Positions 49,960-61,667 of a stretch of DNA of 64,000 nucleotides are shown piece by piece. Position 1 is the stretch's first letter. Every line of letters starts with the position of its first letter. A program made the translations under genes and the position numbers. The DNA is from Octopus sinensis (Eukaryota), in contig NC_042999.1 of assembly GCF_006345805.1 (NCBI RefSeq), positions 3,472,001-3,536,000 on the forward strand, given 5' to 3'. A model generated the notes under the pieces. The model had not been told where the DNA came from. It ran no database searches and saw only the letters and a program-made list of their open reading frames with translations.

Positions 49960-50985
49960 TGTTTCTTTATTAGCCACACAGGGCTGCACACAGATAGAAC
50001 AAATTACAGGTAGAGCTTTCTTTTGAAGGTATTAAAAAAAAAAAAAAAAAAAAAAGGAAGGGGGGGAGGTTCGATCAAAAGGGATCGTAAAAGGAGAGAA
50101 AGAGGACAAAAATAAGGGGGGTTAAAAAAAAAAAAAAAAAGGGGGGGGGGGAGAGGAAAAAAAAATGATCAATAGGGATCGTTATCACAGAAATGTCAAT
50201 ATGAAGTGTAAAGGGGAGGACAGGTGAGGTTTACCCGTGGAAAGAAAAGCCTGCGGAAAAGACCACGGTAACCTCGGTCAATGAAGTCACATTTTATATT
50301 TCTATTTTTTTTTTTTTTTTTTTTGCAAATAAGCAACTCTCTGTTTTCGATTTCTGGGTTCATAGGACTATGCTCAAGGTGGCTTCGTCATTCATACGTG
50401 CCATTCTTGCTACAACATCACCATCTTTTTTTTAAAACATTCGCTAGACAAAACTTGCCTCTCTACTCTCACTTTCCTTTTCAAGTGGTACTTGAAGAAG
50501 TGATGAGAGATTGACCAGAGAGGAAAGTGTTTGTCTCCAATCCTTTCAGACGCGTCCACCAGATACATTCTTTCGCCATAGCCACAAGGATGATGAAAAT
50601 AGCTCTTCCTTCCCGTTTGAAGGAAGGAGGCGTGACAATATTGACGATAGACTCAGCTGATAAACCGACTCGTCCCACACGTGACAGCAGTTGTTCGACA
50701 TAAGCCCACAGGTCGGAAATTGTTGGACACTGAAAGAGTGCGTGCAGAACGGTTTCGTCGCTCTGACCGCATCTCGGGCAGGTCGGCCCCGTGTTTCTCG
50801 AGCCGTGTCTGTAGAGCTTATCCCGAACGGGTAGCGCTTCTCGGTAAAGAGACTTTCATATGCATCGGCCGGGAAAGTCTCTTTACCGAGAAGCGCTACC
50901 CGTTCGGGATAAGCTCTACAGACACGGCTCGAGAAACACGGGGCCGACCTGCCCGAGATGCGGTCAGAGCGACGAAACCGTTCTG
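49959..50985 (-). mobile_element. 5'-truncated Tx1/L1-clade LINE in (GATA)n, with 5' fold-back
   Basis: Manual translation REALPVRDKLYRH...CPRCGQSDETVLHALFQC (CCHC zinc knuckle)...AKECIWWTRL; 3' end TAATAAAGAAACAT abuts (ATCT)n. Confidence 0.82.
50360..50857 (-). pseudogene. Tx1-type ORF2 C-terminus with frameshifts
   Basis: Open from 50857 to ~50501; a one-base loss shifts LI(N)FFKYHLKRKVRVERQ; second indel near 50420; stop at 50360-50362. Confidence 0.72.
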
Positions 50986-51051
50986 ATAGATAGATAGATA
51001 GATAGAAATATAGATAGATAGATAGATAGATAGATAGAAATATAGATAGAT

Positions 51052-51104
51052 ATGTTTCTTTATTAGCCACACAGGGCTGCACACAGATAGAACAAATTAC
51101 AAGG

Positions 51105-51108
<4 letters not shown>
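51052..51108 (-). mobile_element. 57-bp terminal copy of the same Tx1-like element in (GATA)n
   Basis: Matches 49959-50014 apart from one base. Confidence 0.82.
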
Positions 51109-51148
<40 letters not shown>

Positions 51149-51284
51149 CAGGCAGACAAACAGACACATATACATACACCCACATGTACATCTGGCGAAA
51201 AATATTCAATACTTGTAGTAAAATTTATCTAGATGTCTAAAACCAAGTTTTTGTCACTAAGGCCTGAAATCCAAGGGCCTTAGA

Positions 51285-52388
51285 GTTAATTTAGCAAAAA
51301 CCAAGTCCTAGTAAAAAGGAAAAAAACAGACAAATGACAAGTCCTTTCAGGGAGATGGCCCTGCTTGATACGTAAGAAGGGCGTTGGTAGAAACTCCATA
51401 TGTTGTACCCAATGAAAGCTCTGGACACATAAGAGGTGTAGCAGTATCACAGGAAGGTTAACAGAGAAAATAGTCTTTGTGTGTGGCAAATGTGCGGGTA
51501 CAATAAGCATTAAAAGTACACAGACTACAGACTCCCTCAAGTGCTCAGAGAGATCATTAGAAGTAGTAGATAGCTTCTGTTACCTAGGCAACCAAGTGAT
51601 GGAGGTGCAAGTTCTGAAAGTGTAGTTGTTAGAATGAGAATGGGCAGGGCAAAGTTCAGAGAGATTCTACCGTTGTTGGTAAGTAAGGGCCTCTCCTTTA
51701 GGGTGAAAAGCAGATTGCATGATGCCTGTGTATATGCAGCTGTGTTACATGGCAGTGAAGCATGGGCTTTGACTACAGAGGACTTGTGAAAGTTTGAAAG
51801 AAATGAAGCTAGCATGCATGACAGAGTGTAAATGATTTTAAGAGGAAAACTGGGTATAAGATGCACCAGATGTTGTATGCAAGAGAGAAGACTGTACTTG
51901 TTTGGTCATGTGATGCGTATGGATGAGGATAGCTGCATAAAGAAGTACCAGTCTCTAATGGTGGAGGGTACTTGCAGAAAGGGTAGACTCAAGAAGATAT
52001 GGAGAGAAAGGATCTTTGGATGCTAGGCCTCACTGAGGAAATGACAAAGGACCAGGAGAGGTGGAAATTTGCTGTACTCGAAAAGACACGTCGAGTTAAA
52101 ATAAAATCACTGTCTTCCACACATTCAGGCTTTTCCTTTCAGGTGACGGTGCCACATTAAAAGCACCTGTGCTGCATAAATGCACTTGTGCCAGTGGCAC
52201 ATAACAAGCACCCAGAACACTCTGTAAAGTAGTTGGTATTAGGAAGGGCATCTAGTCATAGAAATTATGCCACAACAAACAATTGTAGTCTGGACAGCTC
52301 TCAGGTGGCCAACTCCATGTCAAACCATCCAACTCATACCAGCATGGCAAGAGAACGTGTGATGGTGATGGTGACGATGATGATGATG
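51285..52388 (+). mobile_element. Decayed RTE LINE, 3' part
   Basis: VNLAKTK, WPC zinc-finger insert, LEVVDSFCYLG, AAVLHGSEAW, RRLYLFGHVMRMDE; (GAT)n tail. Confidence 0.82.
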
Positions 52389-54664
52389 CAATCCTTTGGT
52401 TAACAAAATAACTAATGCAGGGACTTGAATGAGGTTCACAAAATGAAGGCAGAGTTCAAGTCTGGTATGGAGATGTGTGTTGTTGCAGTGCATTTACCAT
52501 TTGCTGATGATTCCCTACATCTGATGGATGACACCTTTGTACTACTCAGGCAACAATCTTCCAGACCATGGGTCTGTTTGGATAGTTTTTGCTGATGAGG
52601 GTTTTACAAGGTCAGAGTACAAATCCTACTTCCTTTAGGTTTTCATTTACAACAGTAGAGAAAATGTTGGCTCTATTTTTTGGCATGCCAGTCCCCCAGC
52701 ACAAGCCCTGTCTTAGTCATTTAATGTGCTGCCATGTGTTTTTATATAATGGAAACCCAATTAGGTTACTCTAACCATCTTTTTACTCTGAAGAAGAACA
52801 AAAAGTGAAAAATTGTGCAACAATAAAGTCAGTCATGAGATTCAAATGAAGATATAAATCCTGTCTTAAGGTGTTGAAACCTCATTGATATTTGATTGTC
52901 AGCTGATGAGGGAAGTTCCACAGTTTCATTTTCATATTAATGTCTCTGCTCATTTTTACTGTCCCTCTGAATTTGAGTTCCTTAATTAAAATTTTATGTA
53001 AGTTAGATACAATTTTATAAGAATATGCTGTCTAGTAAATAATTACAACTTAACATACATGTACATGATGCAGACACACAGTCATTGCTATCTGTGTGTG
53101 TGTGGAGGGGGGTGAGTTAGAGAGATGGTGTGTGTGTATGTATACATTTTGTCGTAGTTTTAACATCCATACCATAGTTTCCCACTGATATGCCGGTACT
53201 TTCTGTCAGATTCACTATTCTTTAGTGAACGTCTGTAACAATAGAGAAAGCCAAAAACGCATGTAGTTTGTTATTCTTGGGGTTAGTCATGATTTCTCTT
53301 CATGAATCTTGCAAAACATAGCATATAATTTGGTTAACTGAAAATTCATTTAAGAATAGTCTATAACAACACACAAACTCTCACGCACAATCTCAGCTAA
53401 TAAAAAACTGCTCTCCAACAACATCTGTCAGTGCATTGTACAAATAGAATGACAGTTAGTGAGCACATACACAATGCTCTATGAAACACCTATGAGTTAA
53501 TTTTGAGTAAATATTAAAAACAGAATGTTTTAAACTCTACTTTTCATTTATCCTAGTTCAATATAATAAATTCTATCCATTCTATTAGGTTGTTTGAGTC
53601 AAATACATCTACAGATTTGTGTGTTAATATGTAAAAGATTCTTGAATTTTTAATCCGTTTTTGTTAACATCTCTTAGACATATGAAAAGATATTTTTAAG
53701 GAAGAGAAAAGTGTAATTTATAAAATGATACAGATATTATTATTGAATCAAATGTAAAACAAAATATGATTTATAGAAACAACACATAAATTATTATTAT
53801 TATTATTATTATTAACATTATTTTCTCCAAAGCACTGAAACCATTCCAGCAGAACATTTTACTTACTGGAGGGTATAGGATGTTGGACATTTAATTTGTT
53901 TATCTGAATCTAATTTGCTGTATAGTTTATTCATTATGTACAACAATATACATTAGCTCTTCCAAGTATAAGAAAGGAGATATTTTTAAAGTTTTGGATT
54001 ATCATTCTAGAAACAAACAAACCAACCATTCTTCAGATTCAACATAATATTTTAATTTAGATAAGACTGATAATTATATAAAATTACTCTGTGAGTATTT
54101 ATTTTATCTGTGTTACTTCAGTACTTGTATCTACAAAGGTAGAGTGGAAGGAAAGATAGAGGGCTGGATGTTCTAAATTCCTTCCACTATTTAGTTTTCT
54201 CCCTGTATATTCTCAATTCAAATCTTACTTGAGATTTATTCTTATTTATTTATTAGTATTTTTATAATGTAATTTATGAGCAATAGTTTCCTTGGTTATA
54301 TTGTTCTAATGGACCAATCAGTGATACACGGTATTCCTGTTTGTGAGATTAACTAGGAATTGTCTAACCTGATGCATGAAACACCTTTCATGGACCACTG
54401 ATTTTTCTCTGTTTTCTTGCTATTGTTTCTATCCCCATTCAATATATAAATTCTACACACAAAAGGAAGCACATAGGAGCAAAACAAGACGGAGAAAACA
54501 GCACTCAAATGCTAAATTAAGCACTCGTGGCAGTTTGATGATCAGTAATGTGAAACTCTGAGTAACAGTATGTGAGAGTGTTTTAGCTTCAACGAACTCT
54601 CTCACTCTCTCATGTTCTCTCCCTATCTATCGATATATTATACATACATATATATATGTACAAA

Positions 54665-55195
54665 GAGCACCATAGGAGCGTGACTGTTGACAGAGCGGCT
54701 AACCAGCTTCTGTGCCAGTGGCACATAAAAGGCACCATTCGAGTGTCAAATCGTCCAACCCATGCTAGCATGGAAATCGGATGTTAAAGGATGATGATGA
54801 TATATATATACACACATACTGTGCTTGAGGAGACCTATTGAGTGAAGTACATCAACATCAAAAATCAAATGGAAATTGTAGTTGTGATACACGTAAAAAG
54901 CACCATCTGAACATGGCCGATGCCAGTGCCGCCTTGACTTTACGTGTCGGTGGCACGTAAAAAGCACCAACCGATCGTGGCCGCTGCCAGCCTCCCCTGG
55001 CACCTGTGCTGGTGGCACATAAAAAGTACCCACTACACTCACAGAGTGGTTGGCATTAGGAAGGGCACCCAGCTGTAGAAACACTGTCAGATCAGACTGG
55101 AGCCTGGTGCAGCCTCCTGGCTTCCCAGACCCCAGTCAAACTGTCCAACCCACGCTAGCATGGAAGACGGACGTTAAACAATGATGATGATGAAA
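54665..55195 (+). mobile_element. Two RTE 3' ends in tandem
   Basis: Tails near 54800 and 55193; the first is internally deleted. Confidence 0.72.
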
Positions 55196-55705
55196 GTTAT
55201 ATTAAAAAGCAAGAAGAAAATACTCTGAGAACTTTATCATAGATAAAAGTAAGAAAGAATTTATAAAAAAAAAAAAATCACAAGATGCTGGTGTTTTGTT
55301 TCCTTCTGTCACAGAGTCTTGGTGGTTACTGGCAGCAGGTATTGTTATCAGTTTTGGCAGAAATCTCAGTGGCTTTAGCAGTTTGTACAGTGAAACTGAA
55401 CCCAGAATTTCTCATTGCAAAGTGGATTGCTTATCCACACAACTATCCTTGCATCCATCTTTCATGGAAGTTGAATGTAATTGATTATAAACCATATTAA
55501 CTTGGCCTTTCATCTCTCAGGGACAATAGAATAATTCCAGCCATGTTTTTAGATTGATTAAATCAACCCCATCAACTACATTACAAACTTGTAGCTTTTT
55601 GCTAATGTCTAAAAGATTAATGCTTTTCTTTTTTTTTCCTGTGATTCTAAACACATTTATTTTCAAACTTCTTTGTTGATAGGAACTGGATAGTAATTTG
55701 GTAAC

Positions 55706-56221
55706 TTTAACTCTTCGAACACCAACCTGCCCAAGATGACTCCTGGCTCTAACATACAACCTTCATAGTTCAAGTGGATCTCAAACTTACCATCAAAATT
55801 TATGCTAATTTATGCAGACACCAACCTAATAATAACAAAGTTATTTTTACTAAATTCCTCGTTAGCTTTTAAAATTAATTAAAACATTGGTAGCATATTC
55901 GAATAGAAATATGATAAGAAGTTAGCTTAACCCCTTTAGACACCAACCTGCCTGAGACCATTCCTAGTTCAATGATACAAACTTTCTCTTTTTAAAGTTA
56001 TCTAATTTAAAACCTTTACTCTCTCTTTTACTCTTTTACTTGTTTCAGTCATTTGACTGTGGCCATTCTGGAGCACTGCTTTTACTCGAACAAATCGACC
56101 CCAGGACTTATTCTTTGTAAGCCTAGTACTTATTTCATCAGTCTCTTTTGCCGAACTGCTAAGTTATGGGGACGCAAACACACCACCATCAGTTGTCAAG
56201 CAATGTTGGGGGGACAAACAG

Positions 56222-56262
<41 letters not shown>

Positions 56263-56565
56263 CAACGGGCTTCTTTCAGTTTCCATCTACCAAATCCACT
56301 CACAAGGCTTTAGTCAGCCCGAAGCTGTAGTGTAAGACACTTACACAAGGTGCCACGCAGTGGGACTGAACCTGGAACCATGTGGTTGGTAAGCAAGCTA
56401 CTTACCACACAGCCATTTCTGCGCCTACGTCAAAATTTATGTTAATTTATGCACCAAACAGTAGTTGAAATGACAAAGTTATTTTACTAAATTTTTCATT
56501 ATTTTCAACATAAATCTAAACCAAGGCAGTGTATATCGCTGGACATTCGGTAACAAAAGTGTTAA
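55706..56565 (+). mobile_element. Older TTAA-bounded MITE-like dimer, second unit split by a SINE
   Basis: AAGTTATTTTACTAAATT and TTAACCCC/GTGTTAA motifs shared with 29941-30675. Confidence 0.5.
56022..56428 (-). mobile_element. SINE family A, full length
   Basis: Head, microsatellite and tail present. Confidence 0.82.
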
Positions 56566-57978
56566 TCTGTATATAAATTATAGGAACAAGTAGATAGTTT
56601 TTCACAAATCTTTGCTCTTGCTTTCATTAACTGTTGAAGCAGTGATGTGATAATGGAATGTATTTCCAGCTTGACAAGCAGAGACAAGCTCCAATTTAAT
56701 GTGGCCAGATTAAGAGCATAATGCAATAAATGAGTTGATGATTGATAGGTCCTCTGATGAATGCAATGTGTCTTTGCTTAAGGATTAAGCATAATACTTG
56801 TGTCAGATCTCAGGTTTAATCTAACTACCAAGTCTTGAATGCATTGTTTTAGGCAAGACCAATTACCATACAAGCTTTCAGTTAATCTAAAAGATTCTCT
56901 TCTTTTATAGTTGAATGGATAATTCTAGCAGGAGCTTCCAGATCTGAGACTTTCCAATATTTCATATAAATATCTAACTTTGCAGAATGATATTACAGTT
57001 CTTATCTCAGAGTAATAGATCAAGAAATGTAAACTAAACAGAAAGCCTTATTAATTTGGCAACATAATCTCATACTACAATGGGGGGGGGGGGGGAAGAA
57101 AGAAATATTTTCAATTCTTTCATTTCTTTTATGGTTAGCTTATTCTAAAAACAAACAGTCACTGATAAAAGTGATTCTCTGACCATATAAAAGACTTTGC
57201 TCATATCGAAAGCAGATCAAATTAATTCCTCCAGATCAATCAGCTTCACAACATACATTCAATTATAAAAATTTTACCGATTTATACTTTCTCTGCCTTT
57301 ATGCTGCCATGGACTCAGGATTTCAAAATAAAGTAAAGTAAAATAAAATAATAAAAAAAAATATATGCTGCATCATAACAAAAACCAAAATCCGCAAATA
57401 CAGTGTATTTTCAAAACATTCCCATTGTGGAATAGCCAAGTAGCAAGATTTCTTTTCTCTTTATACACAAATTTTCTGACCTGTTTTTTTATCCATATAT
57501 ATTCCTCTTGATGACATTGATCAGTTTTTTGGTGCCTAGCCAAATTCTTCAAAGCAAAGATGAGTTCTTGGAAAGAACTTGGAACAGGACCAAGTTCTTA
57601 GGCATATGGTCAAATTCTTGGGTAGATTTCCAAGTTCCTGTGGCCATGGCCATTTTGGAGGGGCTTTATAGTTGAATGGCTAAGAAGTTACATTTTCATT
57701 CAAGTGATTTGGGGTTCAATTCCTTGGACTGAATTACCCTACAACATCTTCAAGTTCATGTTGTGAGTGAAATTAGATGGTTGTTGAAAGAGTTGTTCAA
57801 CCTTGACTGAGAGGGTCTATGATCAAAGACATTTCAACCATGACCATCCTGTCATTTTAGGGATATGTAAAACATTATCTGATCCGAAGTAACTTTAGCT
57901 GCTATTTCTAATGGATGAATAATTTACAGGCAATAAATTTGGATTGTTGGAGACTGTGCAGAATCTACTCACTAGAAT

Positions 57979-58165
57979 CATCATCATCATTTAACATCCA
58001 TTTTCCATGCTAGCATAGGTTGGACAGTTCAACCGGGGTCTGGTAAGCCATGGAGGCTGCACCAGGCTCCAGTCTGGTTTGGCAGTGTTTCTACAGCTGG
58101 ATGCCCTTCCTAATGCCAACCACTCAGTGAGTGTAGTCCTAATGCCAACCACTCCGTGAGTGTAG
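57979..58165 (-). mobile_element. RTE LINE 3' end
   Basis: Terminus; ~29-bp tandem duplication at its 5' break. Confidence 0.72.
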
Positions 58166-58499
58166 AATGAACTTGGAAATCAAAAGCTTATAATTGCAAC
58201 ACAATGTTATACTCAGAATATCTGAAGACTATCAGATGAGTACAAGTGTCAGTGGATTACTCAGCTATTGACACCAACAATACTAAACAGTAAATTGGTA
58301 GTTTTTGTAAAGAACTCAAAGAATCATTACTGAAACCAACATGAATCCATTTATTGGTTCATTGTATTTTTCATTTTCTTAGGAGATATCCATAAATCTT
58401 AATGGATTTAAAATTGCCTATATTTTAGGGATTGTTTATATCTCTCATACCTTCAGTGACCAGAAACTTTAAATTTTAAGTTTACAATATTTAATACAC

Positions 58500-58774
58500 T
58501 GATGCCAGCGCCGCCTGACTGGCATCCGTGTCGGTGACATGTAAAAGCACCAACTGATCGTGGCCGTTTGCCAGCCCCCTCTGGCCCCTGTGCCAGTGGC
58601 ATGTAAAAAACACCCACTACACTCACGGAGTGGTTGGCATTAGGAAGGGCATCCAGCTGTAGAAACACTGCCAGATCAGATTGGGGCCTGGTGCAGCCTC
58701 CTGGCTTCCCAGACCCAGTCGAACCGTCCAGCCCATGCTAGCATGGAAAACGGACGTTAAACGATGATGATGAT
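58500..58774 (+). mobile_element. RTE LINE 3' end
   Basis: Units, terminus, (GAT)n. Confidence 0.78.
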
Positions 58775-59194
58775 TCCCAGGTAGGAGACTGAAGTTGCAT
58801 TCTTCATTTGAGGCATTAACATAAGACCAATATCCTTGGCCAAATATGGGAGTAGTCAGTTCCCTTTTATTCTCCTGCCTGTAACTTGAGACTACATTTT
58901 CATACATCTTCTCCATTATCTTCTCTCTTCCTTGTAGCAAGGCACCCGTTCCTGTCCCTTTACCATTCTTAAACCTTTGAGCCCATAACACTAGTTTACC
59001 AGTGGATGGCTTATTTTTCTGTATATCGTAGCACCACTCTATACTATAGCACTGGTGGAGTACCAAGTATATGGTAAAATAAGGTTCAGGAGGTCAGAGC
59101 CCAAATGGTTAAGCCTCTCTTCACCTGGCATAAAGCTATCTTTCAATAAAACATATAGTCCGCTCTGTCAAGGGGTCTTGTCTTTCAAGTTACC

Positions 59195-59397
59195 TGGTAA
59201 ACTCATTGGTGCCTGTACAATGTGAAGAGCACCCAGGACACTCTGTAAAGTGGTTGGCATGAGGAAGGGCAACTAGTTGTAGAAGCCATGCCAAAGAAGG
59301 CATCAGAACTTGACACATTTCTCTGTTTTCTGGTTCCCGTTGAATCATCCAATCCATGCCAATATGGAAAACAGACATTAACTAACAATGATGGTGA
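59195..59397 (+). mobile_element. Old RTE-like 3' end
   Basis: Degenerate GTGGTTGGCATGAGGAAGGG...CATGCCAATATGGAAAAC terminus. Confidence 0.55.
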
Positions 59398-61004
59398 ATG
59401 GGAGAGAGAGCCCTTATTCAGCTGGTCTCCAGATGGTGGGTAAAGGTACAGATATAAACATAGGAGTTACTAATGAATATGAAAATAAATCACCTAGGAC
59501 GTTAGTTTTCAACTGGGATCCATATGGCCCTTGCTAGTAAGGTGATGCAGGTAACAATCACGCTCGAATGGTGTTTTTAACATGCCATCGGCACAGAGGC
59601 CAGCTTGTTGCTCTGACAACGATCATGCTCGTATGGTACTCTTAACACTCCACTAGCAACGGATGCCAGTCACCGAGTTTGATTTCAATTTCACTTGCCT
59701 CAACAGGTCTTCGTAAGTGAAATCGAAATCATAAAAATGTAGTAAAATCTTTTTTATCTGTACATCGAATGACAATGGCTGTCTAGTTGAGTAGGATGGG
59801 AATTAAAGGGATTTATAGGCAAAAAATGGTTGAGAACCACTGGTTGAGGACCAGCATAGGCCGCCCTTTGGCTAGACAGCCACCTAGCCGGGAATTACAA
59901 ATAATGTCATAGGAAGCAGTATGGTAGATGCACAGAGTTAAAGAAGAGAGTCATCCAATAAGCAGTTGCAACACTCACACAATACAGAGCCGAGGAACAT
60001 CTGCGAGGTCAAAACCAGGGTCAACGAATTCCTGAAGTGTAATAATACTGTTAATGCCTGTAGAGCTGGTAACTATGGATGTTATTAGCCAATGAGACAA
60101 TGGAAAATTTGAATGACTCATGCTCACACTACAAATCAAATCTTCATAAATATAATGCTTAACATTAAAAGAAGGAAAAAAAAAAACATTATATTAAAAA
60201 AAAAACATATAATAATAAGTAAGAAAAATATGAAAATATTGAAATACAGGATGTAGAATTCTGCTGCAAAAATTGGTCAATAACTTCAGACTGCTGAAAT
60301 TTGCTTGACCATAAGCTAGCAGCACAAAAAAGAATTTTTTTAAATAATATAAAATAAAATATATTTCTGACTACCAAATACCGTTATTAGTCATGAAGGT
60401 TTTTTTCATTATTATTGTTGCTTTTTTTTTTATTTCTCTTTCTTCTTCTCTTCCTGCTAACCTAATCTTCCAATCTTTCATTATCTCTATTTTGGTAGAT
60501 ACTGCATACTGCATTCTGATGTTTTGCCGATGGTGCATACATAGAAACATACATGCATCCTCAGTCAGTATAGAATATATAATATCGAGGAATAACATGA
60601 GTCATTGATCTTAAACTCTTCATATCTGCTGTAATGGAGCAATTGCCACTCACAGCCTCTCACCACCACGACCACCACCACAAAAAAAAACAACAGAAAG
60701 ACATAAAAAAAAACCAAATGCATAAACTATAAATTACATGTATTCATATTCTTTCCTTTTTTTTGTCTAAACATAAATCTCCGTTTATGTTTAAATGAAG
60801 ATTTACACATAAATCTTCATTATTACAATAAAAACTAATAAAATTCTGCATTTTTTATTCCTTTGGTATCATAGTGAAAATAATTCTGAAAATAAATTCT
60901 AAAAGTCAATATAGTTTTTCAGAAAAGCTTCAAGTAACATGTAAGTGACAGAATTTTTCCTAAATATACAATAAATGTATGATATTACATGAAGTTTCCA
61001 TACA

Positions 61005-61018
61005 GTTTCCATGACAAC
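61005..61018. promoter_or_regulatory. X-box-like motif
   Basis: GTTTCCATGACAAC fits GTHNYY-AT-RRNAAC; in a repeat-poor island. Confidence 0.25.
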
Positions 61019-61278
61019 ATGTGTTGGTTATGGATAGGTGACTAATACGTATTAATAGAGAAAAACTTAGAAGTTTTATGAAATGAATTGAAATTAAAAA
61101 TATAATGATTGTATAACACGTTGAAAGATGACAAGGAAGATGATGGTGATGATGATGAGGACAGATATTGGCAGAACTAATATCACTTGTGCATCAAGCC
61201 AATTATAGGTGTCAGTCGTTAAGATGACAATGAGGATAGTGAGATTTTGATATGTACACATGTGGGAGTGTGTGTATA

Positions 61279-61635
61279 TCATCATCATCATCATCGTTTA
61301 ATGTCCGTTTTCCATGCTAGCATGGGTTGGATGATTTGACTGAGGACTGGTAAGCCAGATAGCTGCACCAGTCTCCAGTCTGATATTGCAGAGTTTCTAC
61401 AGCTGGATGCCCTTCCTAGCGCGAACCACTCCGAGAGTGTAGTGGGTGCTTTTAAAGTGCCACCGGCACGAAGGCCACTCTGGCAGTACTGACAATGGCC
61501 ACGCTCGAAAATGGTGTTTTCTATGTGCTACCTGCACAGGAGCCAGTCCGGCAGCACTGGCAACGACCTCGCTCGAATGTTTTTCACGTGCCACCAGCAC
61601 AAGTGCCAGTAAGGCAACGCTGGTAACGATCATGG
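61279..61635 (-). mobile_element. RTE LINE 3' end
   Basis: (CAT)n terminus and three units. Confidence 0.78.
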
Positions 61636-61667
61636 TCCTCCATCCATCTTCCCACTCACCTCAATCA

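Noticed and set aside
50546-51175. 209-aa minus ORF and 101-aa plus ORF with mirrored peptides
   Set aside because: Off-frame readings through the inverted repeat and GATA tract.
57573-57599. 10-bp hairpin AAGAACTTGG/CCAAGTTCTT among AARTTCTT-like repeats
   Set aside because: Too short to separate from chance; spacing does not fit a heat-shock element.
59828-59842. GGTTGAGAACCACTG resembling a hAT TIR
   Set aside because: No partner TIR or TSD found in the window.
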